Shown here: piece by piece, positions 23,510 to 35,580 of the stretch | Layout: the number at the start of each line of letters is the position of its first letter | Position numbering within the stretch: position 1 is the stretch's first letter | Assembly: GCA_964016885.1 (NCBI GenBank) | Contig: OZ024759.1 | Location: 4,092,001-4,156,000, forward strand | Length of the DNA stretch: 64,000 nucleotides | Origin: Eledone cirrhosa | Lineage: Eukaryota | Direction: 5' to 3' | The notes under the pieces: generated by a model | Told to the model about the DNA's origin: nothing | What the model saw: the letters and a program-made list of their open reading frames with translations, nothing else | Databases searched by the model: none | Position numbers and translations under genes: made by a program

Positions 23510-26500
23510 TGGCACTCAATGACAATGTCACAGATAAAGACAAATTCACCTCCTGCTGCAAGACGAGAATACAAGGACCCCTCTTTATTTCAGACACAGA
23601 TGACCAACAAAATCCCGTCTCCCACACCCCTCCCTGCCCCTCCAACCCATCCATCCCACCCTCCCAACTTCAGAGTTGGTACCATGAACGTAGGCACATT
23701 GAAAGGTCGCTCAAATGAGGTTGTAGAGATGCTTGAACGTAAAGAAGTTGATGTTTGTTGTATTCAAGAGACTAGGTGGAGAGGGGGATCTGCCAGATTC
23801 ATCGTTGGTAAAAAACGATGCTATAAACTTTTCTGGGTGGGAAATGACAACGGACAGGGTAGTGTAGGAATTATGTTAGCTGAAAAATGGGTAGATAAGG
23901 TAATGACGTAAATATAGTGAATGACAGAATAATTGAATTAAGACTAGTTCTAAATAGAATTACTGTGACAATAATATCCGCTTATGCACCCCAATCTGGT
24001 CTACCTGATGTTATAAAGGACAGGTTCTATGAGATGCTAATGCACACTACCTCCCAAATAACCGACAGCGACTACTTAATTATTGCTAGCGATCTAAACA
24101 GTCACGTTGGACAACATAGTGATGGCTATGATGGAATTCATGGAGGCTATGGGGTTGGAAATAGAAATGAGGAGGGTTTCAGAATCCTGGAATTCTGTGA
24201 TGCAAATAGCCTAACTATATGTAACACAAACTTCAAAAAACGTGAAAACCACTTGATCACCTATAGATCAGGGGAACACGCCAGCCAGATAGATTATATC
24301 TTACTAGAAGACGGGACAAAATGTCTGTTGTAAACTCTAAATCCCTCCCCCGTGAAGAATGCCCCTCCCAACATCGCCTAGTAGTTAGTGACCTCATAGT
24401 CAGGAATAGACGTACTCGACTACAGAGGAGGCCTACCTTGAGGAGAAGAATATGGAAGTTGAAGGACCCCATAGCCAGTGACAAATTTAAAAGCTTATTA
24501 TTTGTTGCCTTTGACAATAAGGAAGAGCAATTAGAGACGTGCAATAGAGAGGAACAGTGGCAATTCTTGAAAGTGAACCTGCTGAAAGCAACGGATGAAA
24601 TCTGTGGCTGGAGCAGACCTATTGGCAGGAGGAGAGTAACTTGGTGGTGGAACAGTGAGGTGGAAGAGACAATCAAGGGCAAAAAGCAGGCTTGGAAAGA
24701 ATGGGAGGATGGGGGGAAGTAGAGAGCACTATCAAGTGGCCAGGAGAGAAGCTAGGAGACAAGTGTACCTTGCAAAAAGGGTAGCAGAGGATAGAAAGTT
24801 CAAGCATGTTCTGCAACGTGAGGACCAAAAACGTGAGGTGTTCAGGATTGCTAGACAATGTGTCAAGGAAAACCGTGATATTGTCGGGGAGAAGTGTGTC
24901 CGTAATGATAATGGTGTACTTGCGCTCACTGATACTGATAAGCCTGGAAGTGTCACTACGAGAGACTATTAAATGAGGAGAAAAAGTGGGAAAAAGATAG
25001 TCTGCCCCAAATCGATCCAATGGTGCAAGGTAAAGGTAGTATAATAAGTAAGGCAATCAAAGATATGAAGACAGGCAAGGCAGCTGGGCCTTCGGAGGTA
25101 GTTGCTGAGATGTTGAAGGCATCTGGTATGGCGGGACACACTATGGTCACCCGTATAGTTAACCAAGTAATACAGAATGGGGTCATACCGAAAGACTGGC
25201 GTAGCAGCATCATCATTAACTGCTACAAGGGTAAAGGGGATGCTCTAGATAGGGAAACTATAGAGGCATTAAGTTAGTTGACCAGGTCATGAAGGTCACA
25301 GAAAGAGTAATAGCACAACTAATCAGAGAGCGAATTGATCTAGATGAAATGCAGTTTGGGTTTGTGTCAGGTAAAAGTACCACAGACGCTCTTTTCCTTG
25401 TACGACAACTACAAGGGAAGTACCTAGCTAAAAGTAAACCCCTCTACTTAGCTTTTGTAGACTTGGAGAAAGCTTTTGACAGAGTCCCCCACTCCATTAT
25501 CTGGTGGGCTCTTAGAAAACTAGGTGTAGATGAATGGCTGGTGAGAGCTATACAAGCTATGTATAATGAAACAGTCAGTAAGGTTAGAATTAACAATGAA
25601 TATTGTGAAGAATTTAGTGTAAAAGTTGGCGTTCATCAAGGCTCTGTCCTTAGCCCCCTCTTATTTATTATTGCCCTTCAGGCTATAACAGAGGAGTTCA
25701 AGACCGGCTGCCCATGGGAACTCCTATACGCAGATGATCTAACGCTCATAGTTGAATCAATGGCTGAACTAGAGAAGAAATTCAAAACATGGAAGCATGG
25801 CCTAGAATCAAAAGGCCTTAAAGTTAACTTGTCTAAGACTAAAGTTCTAGTTTGTAGAAAGGAAAATAGGGCACCAGTCCCATCTGGGAAATGGCCATGC
25901 TCAGTGTGTAGGAAAGGAGTAGGCAGAAATTCCATTTTATGTCCCAAATGCAAAGTATGGGTACATAAAAGATGTAGTGGGATCACAGGTAAACTATCTA
26001 AGAACGTAGACTTTATATGTGGCCAATGCTCAGGTGCAATAAGTAGCAAGTGTCCAAAGGATACTAGCTCCTTCCATTGCCCAGATGGTTCTATAGAAAT
26101 AGTAGACACTTTCTGTTACCTGGGTGACGAAATCAGCAGTGGTGGAGGGTCTTCTGGAAGTATAGTAGCCAGAGTCAGAACGGGATGGAAAAAGTTCAGA
26201 GAGCTTATACCGCTGTTGGCCACTAAAGGTTTCTCTCTAAAAATGAAAGGCAGATTGTATGATGCCTGTATACGAACAGCAATGCTACATGGCAGTGAGG
26301 CATGGGCATTACGTGCAGAGGACCTGCGTAGGCTGGAAAGGAACGAAGCTTGCATGCTCCGTTGGATGTGTAATAGTAATATGCGTGAACAGCAAAGCAT
26401 ATATGAACTAAGTGAGAAATTAGGAATAAGAGGGATCAGATGCTGTTTACTTGAGAGAAGACTACGTTGGTATGGCCACGTGATGCTCATGAAAGACGTC

Positions 26501-27050
26501 AGTTGTATAAAAAAGTGCAGGGCGATCAAAATTGATGGTAGTTACGGAGTAGGTAAACCCAGAAAAACCTGGGATGATCTGATAAATTCCGACCTTACAC
26601 ACTTACATCTCTCTAAGTCAATGTCTCTGGGCCGAGATCTTTGGTGCTATGCAGTAATACAGAAGACCCGCCTTGCCTATGCACAAAGCGAAACCTACAG
26701 TCAGTAGGCACCTCTTAACCAAATATACACCCCAATCTACTACCCCTACCCTATCCTCCCACTCCCACCAACAGCATGAGAAAATGAAATCGAGTTTGTG
26801 TAGGTGTCACGGAAAAAAAAACACACAGTCCACGCTGTAATGTGGTCGTGTAGGTGACACGGTAAAAAGTTCCCAGTTCCACACTGTAAATGTGGTTGGT
26901 GTTAGGAAGGGCATCCAGCCGTAGAAAAAGTTAGTTCTATATGAGTGAGACACGGTCACCCGACCAGCCTTGCCTCAACTCCCGTCTAACCCATGCTAGC
27001 GTGGAAAATGGACGTTAAACGAAGATGATGATGATGATGATGATGATGAT
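23510..27050 (+). mobile_element. Near full-length RTE-clade LINE (APE + RT + PHD-like finger), frameshifted
   Basis: [33 protein letters not shown]; FVDLEKAFDRVP, HQGSVLSP, LLYADD, FCYLG, RLRWYGH; (GAT)n tail at 27024-27050. Confidence 0.93.
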
Positions 27051-27520
27051 ATATATAGGAAAATGTATGACCCCGACGGTAGAGCTCAAGCCGTTTCGAC
27101 GGCTATTTCTGGACTAAATTAGAATTTTTAGCCTGGTAAATAAATAGCCGAACTTTTCAAGGGGTACTTCCTTATATGGGAAGATTGTAGCTGTCAAGAG
27201 GATTGGTCAAAAATTCCTGGTAAACACAATTAAGTCTATCATGGCAGTGGGTGGGAGGTGGGGATGGCTGAACTTGCCTGTAGAGCAATGAGGGAGTGGG
27301 TGGAGCCGGTCAAGCGTTGAAAGTGAAATCTAAACAGCAAATTCTAAGGATTGTGTATGAAAGTAGGCCAACTTTCATACTTTCCGCCATGGCGATTGGA
27401 CTGCATACCCTGCTTTCCAGGTTACCCTTTGCCACTGATATATATATATTTATATATTGAGTACTCTGGTGCATTATGGTCCTTCTGGTTCCTTACCACA
27501 CCTCCTTTGTTATATATATA

Positions 27521-30500
27521 TATAACGGCGGCGAAGATTGGAAACCGAATCTGAGCTTTCCCACCTCTGGGACAAGCCGTGGTAAGTTGTTTACGCTCAA
27601 GAGACTAACCCCTGGGGGATGTTAAACACAGGTCAGAGGTGTTTAAGCCTGACAGAAAATAGGTCAGAGGATATATCCATCTTTCTGAGTTGTTTACGCT
27701 TGGCAAAATAATCCCTTGGGAGACTCTAACCAAAGTTCAGAGGATATATCTATCCTTCTAACTTCAACTCTTATAAATACAGGGGTTGTTTACGCCCCGA
27801 CAGAAAAGAAGTGATATACAGACAACACAAGTGGCCTTTACAAGCTCTCGTCACGAAATACCAGTCCGTCACTAATTTCCACTCCTGCCTGGCTGATCGA
27901 TACAACCACATATTCCGTTACAACTGGTGACCCCGTAAAACAGACACACAACTTCTGATCATCCACTACAAACGATGTCTCTAGCACACGACGATTCATC
28001 TACAGCAGAAATGGCAGTGAGGGCGGCATTTACATTAAGAATTCCACCATTCTGGGTGCACGATCTAACACTGTGGTTCGCGCACATCGAAGCGCAGTTC
28101 GCATAATAACACACGGCCCACCTGTTGCTGCACGACCTAGAAGGCTACCACCAGACCGGCTGAAGTCCGTCAAACAAGAATTTCAGCACATGCTGGATAT
28201 CGGCATCATACGTCCGTCCAGCAGCAACTGGTCCTCACCCATACACTGTGTACCCAAGAAGTCGTCAAACGACTGGCGAATCTGTGGCGACTACCGTGCA
28301 CTGAACAACTGCACCGTTCCTAACTCTTATCCAGTGCCTCATCTACAGGACTTCTCTAGCTCGCTGCACGGGGCTCGCATATTTTCGAAGATCGATCTTG
28401 TGCGAGCTTACAATCAGATACCCGTTGAGCCCGCAGATATTCCAAAGACCGCCGTCACAACACCCTTTGGAATGTTCGAATTTCTGCATATGCCTTTCGG
28501 TTTGCGAAATGCAGCGCAAACATTCCAGCGATTCATCGATACAGTCACCAGGGGTTTACCTTTTGTATACGCATACATTGACGACTTACTGGTGGCCAGC
28601 AGCTCCCACGAAGGACATGAGAAACACCTGGATCTCCTATTCACACGTTTGCGTGAATATGGAATTGTTATCAACCCCAGCAAATGTGAGTTCGGAGTTG
28701 CGTCCCTTCATTTTCTGGGACACATCATTGACAAAGATGGTATTCGCCCACTTAAGGAGAAAGTCAAATCCATCATTGATTTTCCACAACCTATATCTCT
28801 CCGCAAACTGCGAGAATTTCTTGGCCTGGTAAACTTCTACGGAAGATTTATACCCCACTGTGCAGAGACAGCCCAACCACTCACAGATTTGCTGCGGCAG
28901 CGTACAACCAAAAACGCAAACATCAAGCTCAGTGAAAAAGAATATACCGCTTTCGCTGAGTTGAAGAAAATGTTGTCCGAGGCTACAATGCTGAGTTACC
29001 CCAAACCTGACGCCCCAATGTGTTTATTGACTGATGCATCCGATTTCGGAGGTGGAGGTGTGCTTCAACAACTCTCTGGCGATATTTGGCGACCTGTATC
29101 TTTTTTCTCTAAGCGATTAAAACCCGCTGAAACTAAGTACAGCACATTCAGTCATGAATTATTGGCAGCATACCTTGCTGTCAAGCATTTTCGACACATG
29201 CTAGAAGGTCGTGTGTTCTCTATATACACCGACCACAAACCACTAGTGTACGCGTTCAATGCCAAGCCTGACCGACACTCACCCAGGGAGGTCCGACATC
29301 TGGACTTCATTTCTCAGTACACTACTGATATTCGGTACATTAAGGGTGCCACCAACTCAGCAGCTTATGCCCTATCGCGCATGGAGCTTAAGGCAATCCA
29401 CACCACTGCCACTATCGACCTCCAGAAGATTCCAGCGGATCAACAGAATGACGAGGAACTGCTGCAACTCCGGAAATCATCCTTGAAATTGAAGGAATGC
29501 CCGCTGCCCTCTTCTTCGGGTTATATTTGGTCTGACATCTCCACAGGCCGCGAGCGCCCATACGTGCCCCGGAAACATCGACGCGACGTTTTCTCGGCAC
29601 TGCATTCTCTGGCACATCCTGGCGTCCGCGCCACGCAGAAACTGATGGTTGCCCGCTTTGTGTGGCCCAACATCAACAAGGACACCCGTGAATGGGCTAG
29701 GAACTGAATCGTGTGCAAGAAGACGAAAATTCACCGGCACATCAAAGCCCCGATCGGTTCTTTCGCAACACCTGATGCACGGTTCCAACATGTGCATATA
29801 GACATAGTTGGACCTTTGCGTCCTTCTCAAAACTACACTCAACTTCTCACCTGTGTCGACCGATTTTCTCGCTGGCCAGAAGCTTTTCCCCTGACGGATA
29901 TTACTGCGGAAACTGTCGCCAAAACGCTAGTGTTTCACTGGGTTTCGTGTTTCGGCACACCCGCGACCATCACTACGGATAGAGGACGTCAGTTCGATTC
30001 GAACCTATTTACCGAGCTGACTCGTCTCCTCGGGTGCAAACGCATCCGTACAACAGCGTATCACCCTGCCGCTAACGGCATGGTAGAACGCTTACACCGC
30101 CAGCTAAAATCATCTATCAAGGCTTACGAAGACTCCACTAACTGGTTCGACTACCTCCCACTCATTCTTCTTGGTATTCGTTCCACTGTTAAAGAGGGAG
30201 TCGGACATTCTCCGGCTGAAATGGTGTATGGCACCGTACTCACTCTACCCGGACAAATGATCACTCCTGTTTCGCCACAAGAACTTCCAGACCCTACAAA
30301 ATATGTGCACCGTTTACGGTCATCAATGTCGCATCTGTCTCCTTCAGCCCCTAAACAACAGCACGTTACTTCACACATACCAAAAAGCATCGATACATGG
30401 ACGCATGTTTTCGTTAGAAATGACGGTATTCCATCGCAACTTCGTCCGCCGTATTCCGTCCGGGCCCTACAAGGTGATACAGAAATGCTCTAAGTATTTC

Positions 30501-31754
30501 GTCTTCGACTTGAACGGGAAGCGAAATACCGTCTCCATTGATCGTTTAAAAAAAGCGTTCATACAACAGGAATTGCCACCAGTACCCACCGTTTCTCCAG
30601 CAGACTCACCAACAACTTTGCCCGACACAAACACGGCAAATTCTGCACAACCCCGACACACCAAATCCGGAAGAACAGTCCGATGGCCCACGCCATGGGA
30701 TACGTACAAGTTTATCGGGTAAGTACAAATTATGCATCTGGTCGACATTTTGGCTAATTTGTACATTTCAACGAATCGGCCAATTTCTGTGGTCATGAAC
30801 TATTGCTACACACAAATCAATTAACTCTGTGCATCACCCACATCAAAAGAACAGACAAAAGAACATTTTCCCGTTTCTATGAAATGAACGAACTTTTAAT
30901 CAACAAACTTTTCGTACGAACATTTTCAATATTATGTAACATCACAGTACATTTTCCTGCATGTAAATTTCTTTTGGTTTGCATGTTTTCTTTCATGTCT
31001 CCTGTTTGTAAATGACTTTCATGTGTTTTTTTATTTTTACTGATTTTCTTCAACAACACACCTAGTCATACCTATCTTCATTTCACATGCACCTAGATCG
31101 TTCAATCTTAACTTGTTTACGCTCAAGAGACTAACCCCTTGGGAGAGGCTAAACGCAGGTCAGAGGTGTTTATGCCTGACAGAAAATAGGTCAGAGGATA
31201 TATCCATCTTTATGACTTGTTTACGCTTGGCAAACTAATCCCTTGGGAGACTAACCAAAGTTTAGAGGATATATCTATCCTTCTAAATTCTACTCTTATA
31301 AATACAGGGATTGTTTACACCAAAAACAGAAAAGAAGTGGGATACAGACAAGACAAGACGTTTTACAAGCTCTCGTCACGAAAAAACAGTCTACCACTTA
31401 TTCTCACCTTCCTGGCTGATCGCTGACTCCTGCAATACAAATAAGTAAATATACTGATACGCCGCACACACACATTCATAGTGAGTCCAGCATTTGTACA
31501 CGTATCATTCATTTCTGTTTACACGTATTATAATCGTATTCTGTGATATTTGAATTTACGTGGCTTGAAGAGCCACCAAATTATTGTATGAATATTTTGT
31601 GTCAATTATTTTATCATTCAATATTCAAATTGAATATTGTTGTAATAAAATAAACTTTGTAACAACACTCCTGGTATTTTTCTTTACACCGAAACCACCA
31701 TACCAACAGTTACATCCATCGTTGTCGTTACAACCACACATAATATTCCGTTAC
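27521..31754 (+). mobile_element. Gypsy/Ty3 LTR retrotransposon, internally deleted
   Basis: 5' LTR ~27521-27922 (tataacgg...ccgttaca) followed by PBS tggtgaccccg. LTR-homologous sequence at 31114-31754 also ends ccgttaca. RT, RNase H and integrase lie between. Confidence 0.9.
28073..30722 (+). pseudogene. Gypsy pol: RT, RNase H and integrase (stop in the HHCC region, frameshift near the GPY motif)
   Basis: [86 protein letters not shown]. Confidence 0.92.
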
Positions 31755-31896
31755 ACCTCCGTCTATATTTCAACCACTGGAACAACCTCACACAAGAAAC
31801 AGTTGTCGCACCTTCAGTCAACATTTTAATGTCAAACATCGAAATAAATGTTATGAGTGTATATAGATAGATGTATATTGTGCGTGTGTATATATA

Positions 31897-32100
31897 CAGT
31901 AATCCCCCGCTATATCGCGGTTCACTTTTCACGGTCCCGTTACATAGCGGATATTTCTTTGGAACGTATCTAATTTCCTATCGCGGTAATCCTCGCCACA
32001 TCGCGGATTATTCGTTAGAACATATCTATTTTCTTATCGCGGTACGTCTGAGTAAAAAGTGTTTAAAATTTAAACTTATTAAATAAGTTTCGATGTTATT
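31897..32100 (+). mobile_element. Tc1/pogo (Tigger-like) DNA transposon end fragment
   Basis: ta|cagtaatcccccgctatatcgcgg terminus with repeated tatcgcgg motifs. No partner end was found. Confidence 0.5.
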
Positions 32101-32257
32101 AAAGAGTATATCGTAAGGAAGGGACATCTTAAGGCTTTAATTATGAACAAATGTTTATATTTTCATTCCATTATTGTTTTACTGATTGTGTTTTGCTCTA
32201 ATCTACTATAAACCCTTCATAGATTGGTCTCTCTGTAACATGGTTGTTTCTGGAACG

Positions 32258-32450
32258 TATCATGGCTTAGTGGTTAAAGCATTGGGCTTGCAATCTAAAG
32301 GTTGTGAGTTCGATTCTCGGACAGGGTGTTGTGTTGTGTCCTTGAGCAAGACACTTTATTTCGCGTTACTCCAGTTTACTCAGCTGTAGAAATGAGTTGT
32401 GATGTCACTGGTGCCAAGCTATATCAGTCATAACCTTTCTCTTGGACATA
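32258..32450 (+). mobile_element. Family-B CORE-like SINE
   Basis: tggcttagtggttaaagc head, gagttcgattc B-box and tgtgtccttgagcaagacactt core. Confidence 0.8.
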
Positions 32451-32491
32451 TATATAGTGTATATATACTGTACACAGTGTATATATATGTA

Positions 32492-34130
32492 TATCATCAT
32501 CACTGTTTTACGTCCCTTCTTCCATGGTAGTATGGGTTAGACAGGTTGTCCTGTTGTGGGCAGTGCCAGGTAGGGTGACCTTGTCTTGCTCAGATGGGAA
32601 CCGATTTAGGCTTGATTTCTACAGCTGGATGCCCTTCCTAACACCAACCTCACAGTGAGTGATGGGTGCTTTTTTGTTGTGACACCTCCACGGCCACTTT
32701 ACAGTGAGTGGGCTGGGGCATATTGTCTATCTGCTTCAGCTTGTACCCAGGGGCTACAACACAACCTCCTCTGCTGCACACAGCATTTGATTCCTCTTAT
32801 GTTCAGTCTCTCTCTCAATTTGTTAATGCTTTACCATTCGCGTATATTACTATTACACGTCCATCGGAGCATGCAAGCTTCGTTTCTTTCTAATCTACGC
32901 AAGTCTTCTACAGACAGTGCCCAGGTCTCACTACCATGTAGCATTGCTGTTCGTATGCACGCATCATACTGTCTGCCTTTCATTTTGAGGGAAAAGCCTT
33001 TTGCAGCTAGCAATGGCAGTAGCTCCCTAAACTTCTTCAATCCTGTTACTGTACTTTCAGAACACCCACCTCCGCTGCTCATTTCGTCACCTAGGTGGCA
33101 AAAGCAGTCTACTGTTTCTACAGATCTCTCCCAGAGTTTGGTGGTGCTTGTTTCTTTAGTTCTGCCATAGATTCAGCTATAAGTGTAAGATCATCCGCAT
33201 ATAGGAGTTCCTATGGGCATCAGGTCGTAAACTCCTCTGTTATAGCCTGCATTACTATTATAAACAGAAGAAGGTTAAGAACAGAGCCCTGGTGGACACC
33301 GACCTGTATGCTAAATTCCCCGCTATAGTCATTGTTAACTCTTTGCTGACTGCTCCCCTATACATGGCTTGTACAGCTTTCACAAGCCACTAATCTACTC
33401 TTAGTTTTCTAAGAGCCCACCAGATTATAGCACGGAGCACTCTGTTGAAGAACTTTTCCTTATCGACAAGAGCCAGGTAGAGCGGCTTGCTTTTAGCTAG
33501 GTACTTTACCTGTAACTGCCTCACAAGGAAGAGAGCATCAGTGGTGCTTTTTCCTGGCACAAGCCCAAACTGCATCTCACCTAGTTTTACCCACTCCCTG
33601 ATCAACTGTGCTATGACTCTTTCGATTACTTTCATGACCTGGTCCATCAGCTTCATACCTCTATAGTTTATTCTATCTAGTGCATCTACTTTACCCTTGT
33701 AGCAGTTGACGATGATGTGCTGCACCAATCATTTGGTATGACACCCTCCAGTATTACCTGGTTAACAATATGTGTGGTTATTCCTTTATCTACCCATTTG
33801 TCAGCTAATAGTATACCTACACCACCCATCCCATTGTCATTTCCCACCCAGAAAAATTTATAGCACTAACTTTTGCCTACAAGGACTCTAGCGAACTCTC
33901 CTCTCCACCTAGTCTCTTGCACACAGCATACGTCAATATCCTTTCACTCTAGCATGTCTATAATTTCTCCTTCCCTTCCTTTCATTGTGCTTATGTTGAT
34001 GCTGCCGACTCAGAGTTTTGGACATTTGCCATCATTTGTGGGAAAAGGTGAATTTTTGCAGGGGAGTGTGTATGCTTCCTGTCTCTGAATTAAAGCTTTG
34101 CATGGGTGCTTGGTAACTCGCGGATTCATA
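32492..34130 (-). mobile_element. RTE LINE copy with multiple internal deletions
   Basis: Fragments NCYKGK..DQVMKV..STTDALF, LLYADD and KKFRELLPLL colinear with 23510-27050; (ATC)n tail at ~32494. Confidence 0.85.
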
Positions 34131-34207
34131 TTCATTTATTTATTCGGGTTGTTCCATTTATCCTTCGCTTCTCCATACATAACAGTAATCAAGTATACTT
34201 TGGTGCA

Positions 34208-34700
34208 GGGCTAGAAGGACAGTAGTAGTAATGACAGAGTTTGTTGGGGTTGGTAACGGCTAGAAGGACAGTAGTAGAAATGGCAGAGTTTGTTGGGGCT
34301 GGTAAGGGCTAGAAGGAGAGTAGTAGTAATGGCAGTGTTTGTTGGGGCTGGTAAGGGGTAGAAGGACAGTAGTAGTAATGACAGAGTTTGTTGGGGCTGG
34401 TAAGGGCTAGAAGGACAGTAGTAGTAATGGCAGTGTTTGTTGGGGCTGGTAAGGGCTAGAAGGACAGTAGTAGTAATGGCAGAGTTTGTTGGGGCTGGTA
34501 ATGGCTAGAAGGACAGTAGTAGTAATGGCAGAGTTTGTTGGGGCTGGTAAGGGCTAGAAGGACAGTAGTAATAATGGCAGAGTTTGTTGGGGCTGGTAAG
34601 GGCTAGAAGGACAGTAGTAATAATGGCAGAGTTTGTTGGGGCTGGTAACGGCTAGAAGGACAGTAGTAGTAATGGCAAAGTTTGTTGGGGCTGGTAATGG
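34208..34700. repeat. 49-bp minisatellite (~10 copies)
   Basis: Unit gggctagaaggacagtagtagtaatggcagagtttgttggggctggtaa. Confidence 0.95.
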
Positions 34701-35580
34701 GTAAGGACATGTTGCTGAGGTTTGATTGGTCAAATAGCCAATGGTGGTGAGTGGGAAATTGTGAAATAGGTAGCCATCATGACATATATCATCACAGGAG
34801 ATTCGGGGGAAATAAGCAGATATAAGTAGGCATATTAGAAAAGGCAGATATGCAAGAATTTCGAAGATTGTCACCTAGCTTTGAAAGAAAGGAGAGGTAA
34901 TTGCAGGGGTTAGGGATGAGTTTGTAGAGAAAGACACAATGTCCAACATAGTTTATATCAAAACAAGGTCGAAGTATATACATTGTGGAAACAAGTGAAT
35001 GATAATAATAATAATAATGTAAACAGAACATTTTGAAATTGGGGAAGAGAGATAGCTGTAGAATAGAAATAATCTATGGAAGTCTGGGATATAAGTTATA
35101 TATATATATGTTGTGATGTCACTTGTGCCAAGCTGTATCAGCCATTGCCTTTCCCTTGGACAACATATATAGCGTATAATATATATTGTACACATCGTAT
35201 ATATACTATATATATTGTGTATATATACTGTAGACAGTGTATATATGATATATATATAGTATATATATATGTAGTGATGTAACTGGTACCAAGCTGTATC
35301 AGCTATTACCTTTCCCTTGGACAACATCGGTGGCGTGGAGAGGGTAGACTGGTATACTTGGGTGACTGCTGGACTTGTGTCTCAGAAGGGAACTTTCTAG
35401 TTGCAAATCACATGGTCATTCTTGACCGACAGAGGTCTTCGATATGTTAGGTGTGTATATATAGATGTGTATTGATGTCCATGTGGGAGTCATTGATACC
35501 AATGCTAGGGATGGCTGGTCTTCTATATTACTGTATAACACCAAAGATCTCGATCCTGTGTCATTGTCTTAGAGAAGTGC

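Noticed and set aside
27085-27166. Minus-strand hammerhead-like arrangement (ttgaaaa..cggctattt...aaatagccg tc GAAA cggc)
   Set aside because: A good hairpin and GAAA are present, but the CUGANGA box is TTGAAAA and stems I and III are unconvincing. At best a dead relic.
34554-34874. Minus-strand ORF with a hydrophobic, signal-peptide-like start as the first exon of the receptor gene
   Set aside because: It has a non-ATG start, no convincing donor, and runs into the 49-bp minisatellite.
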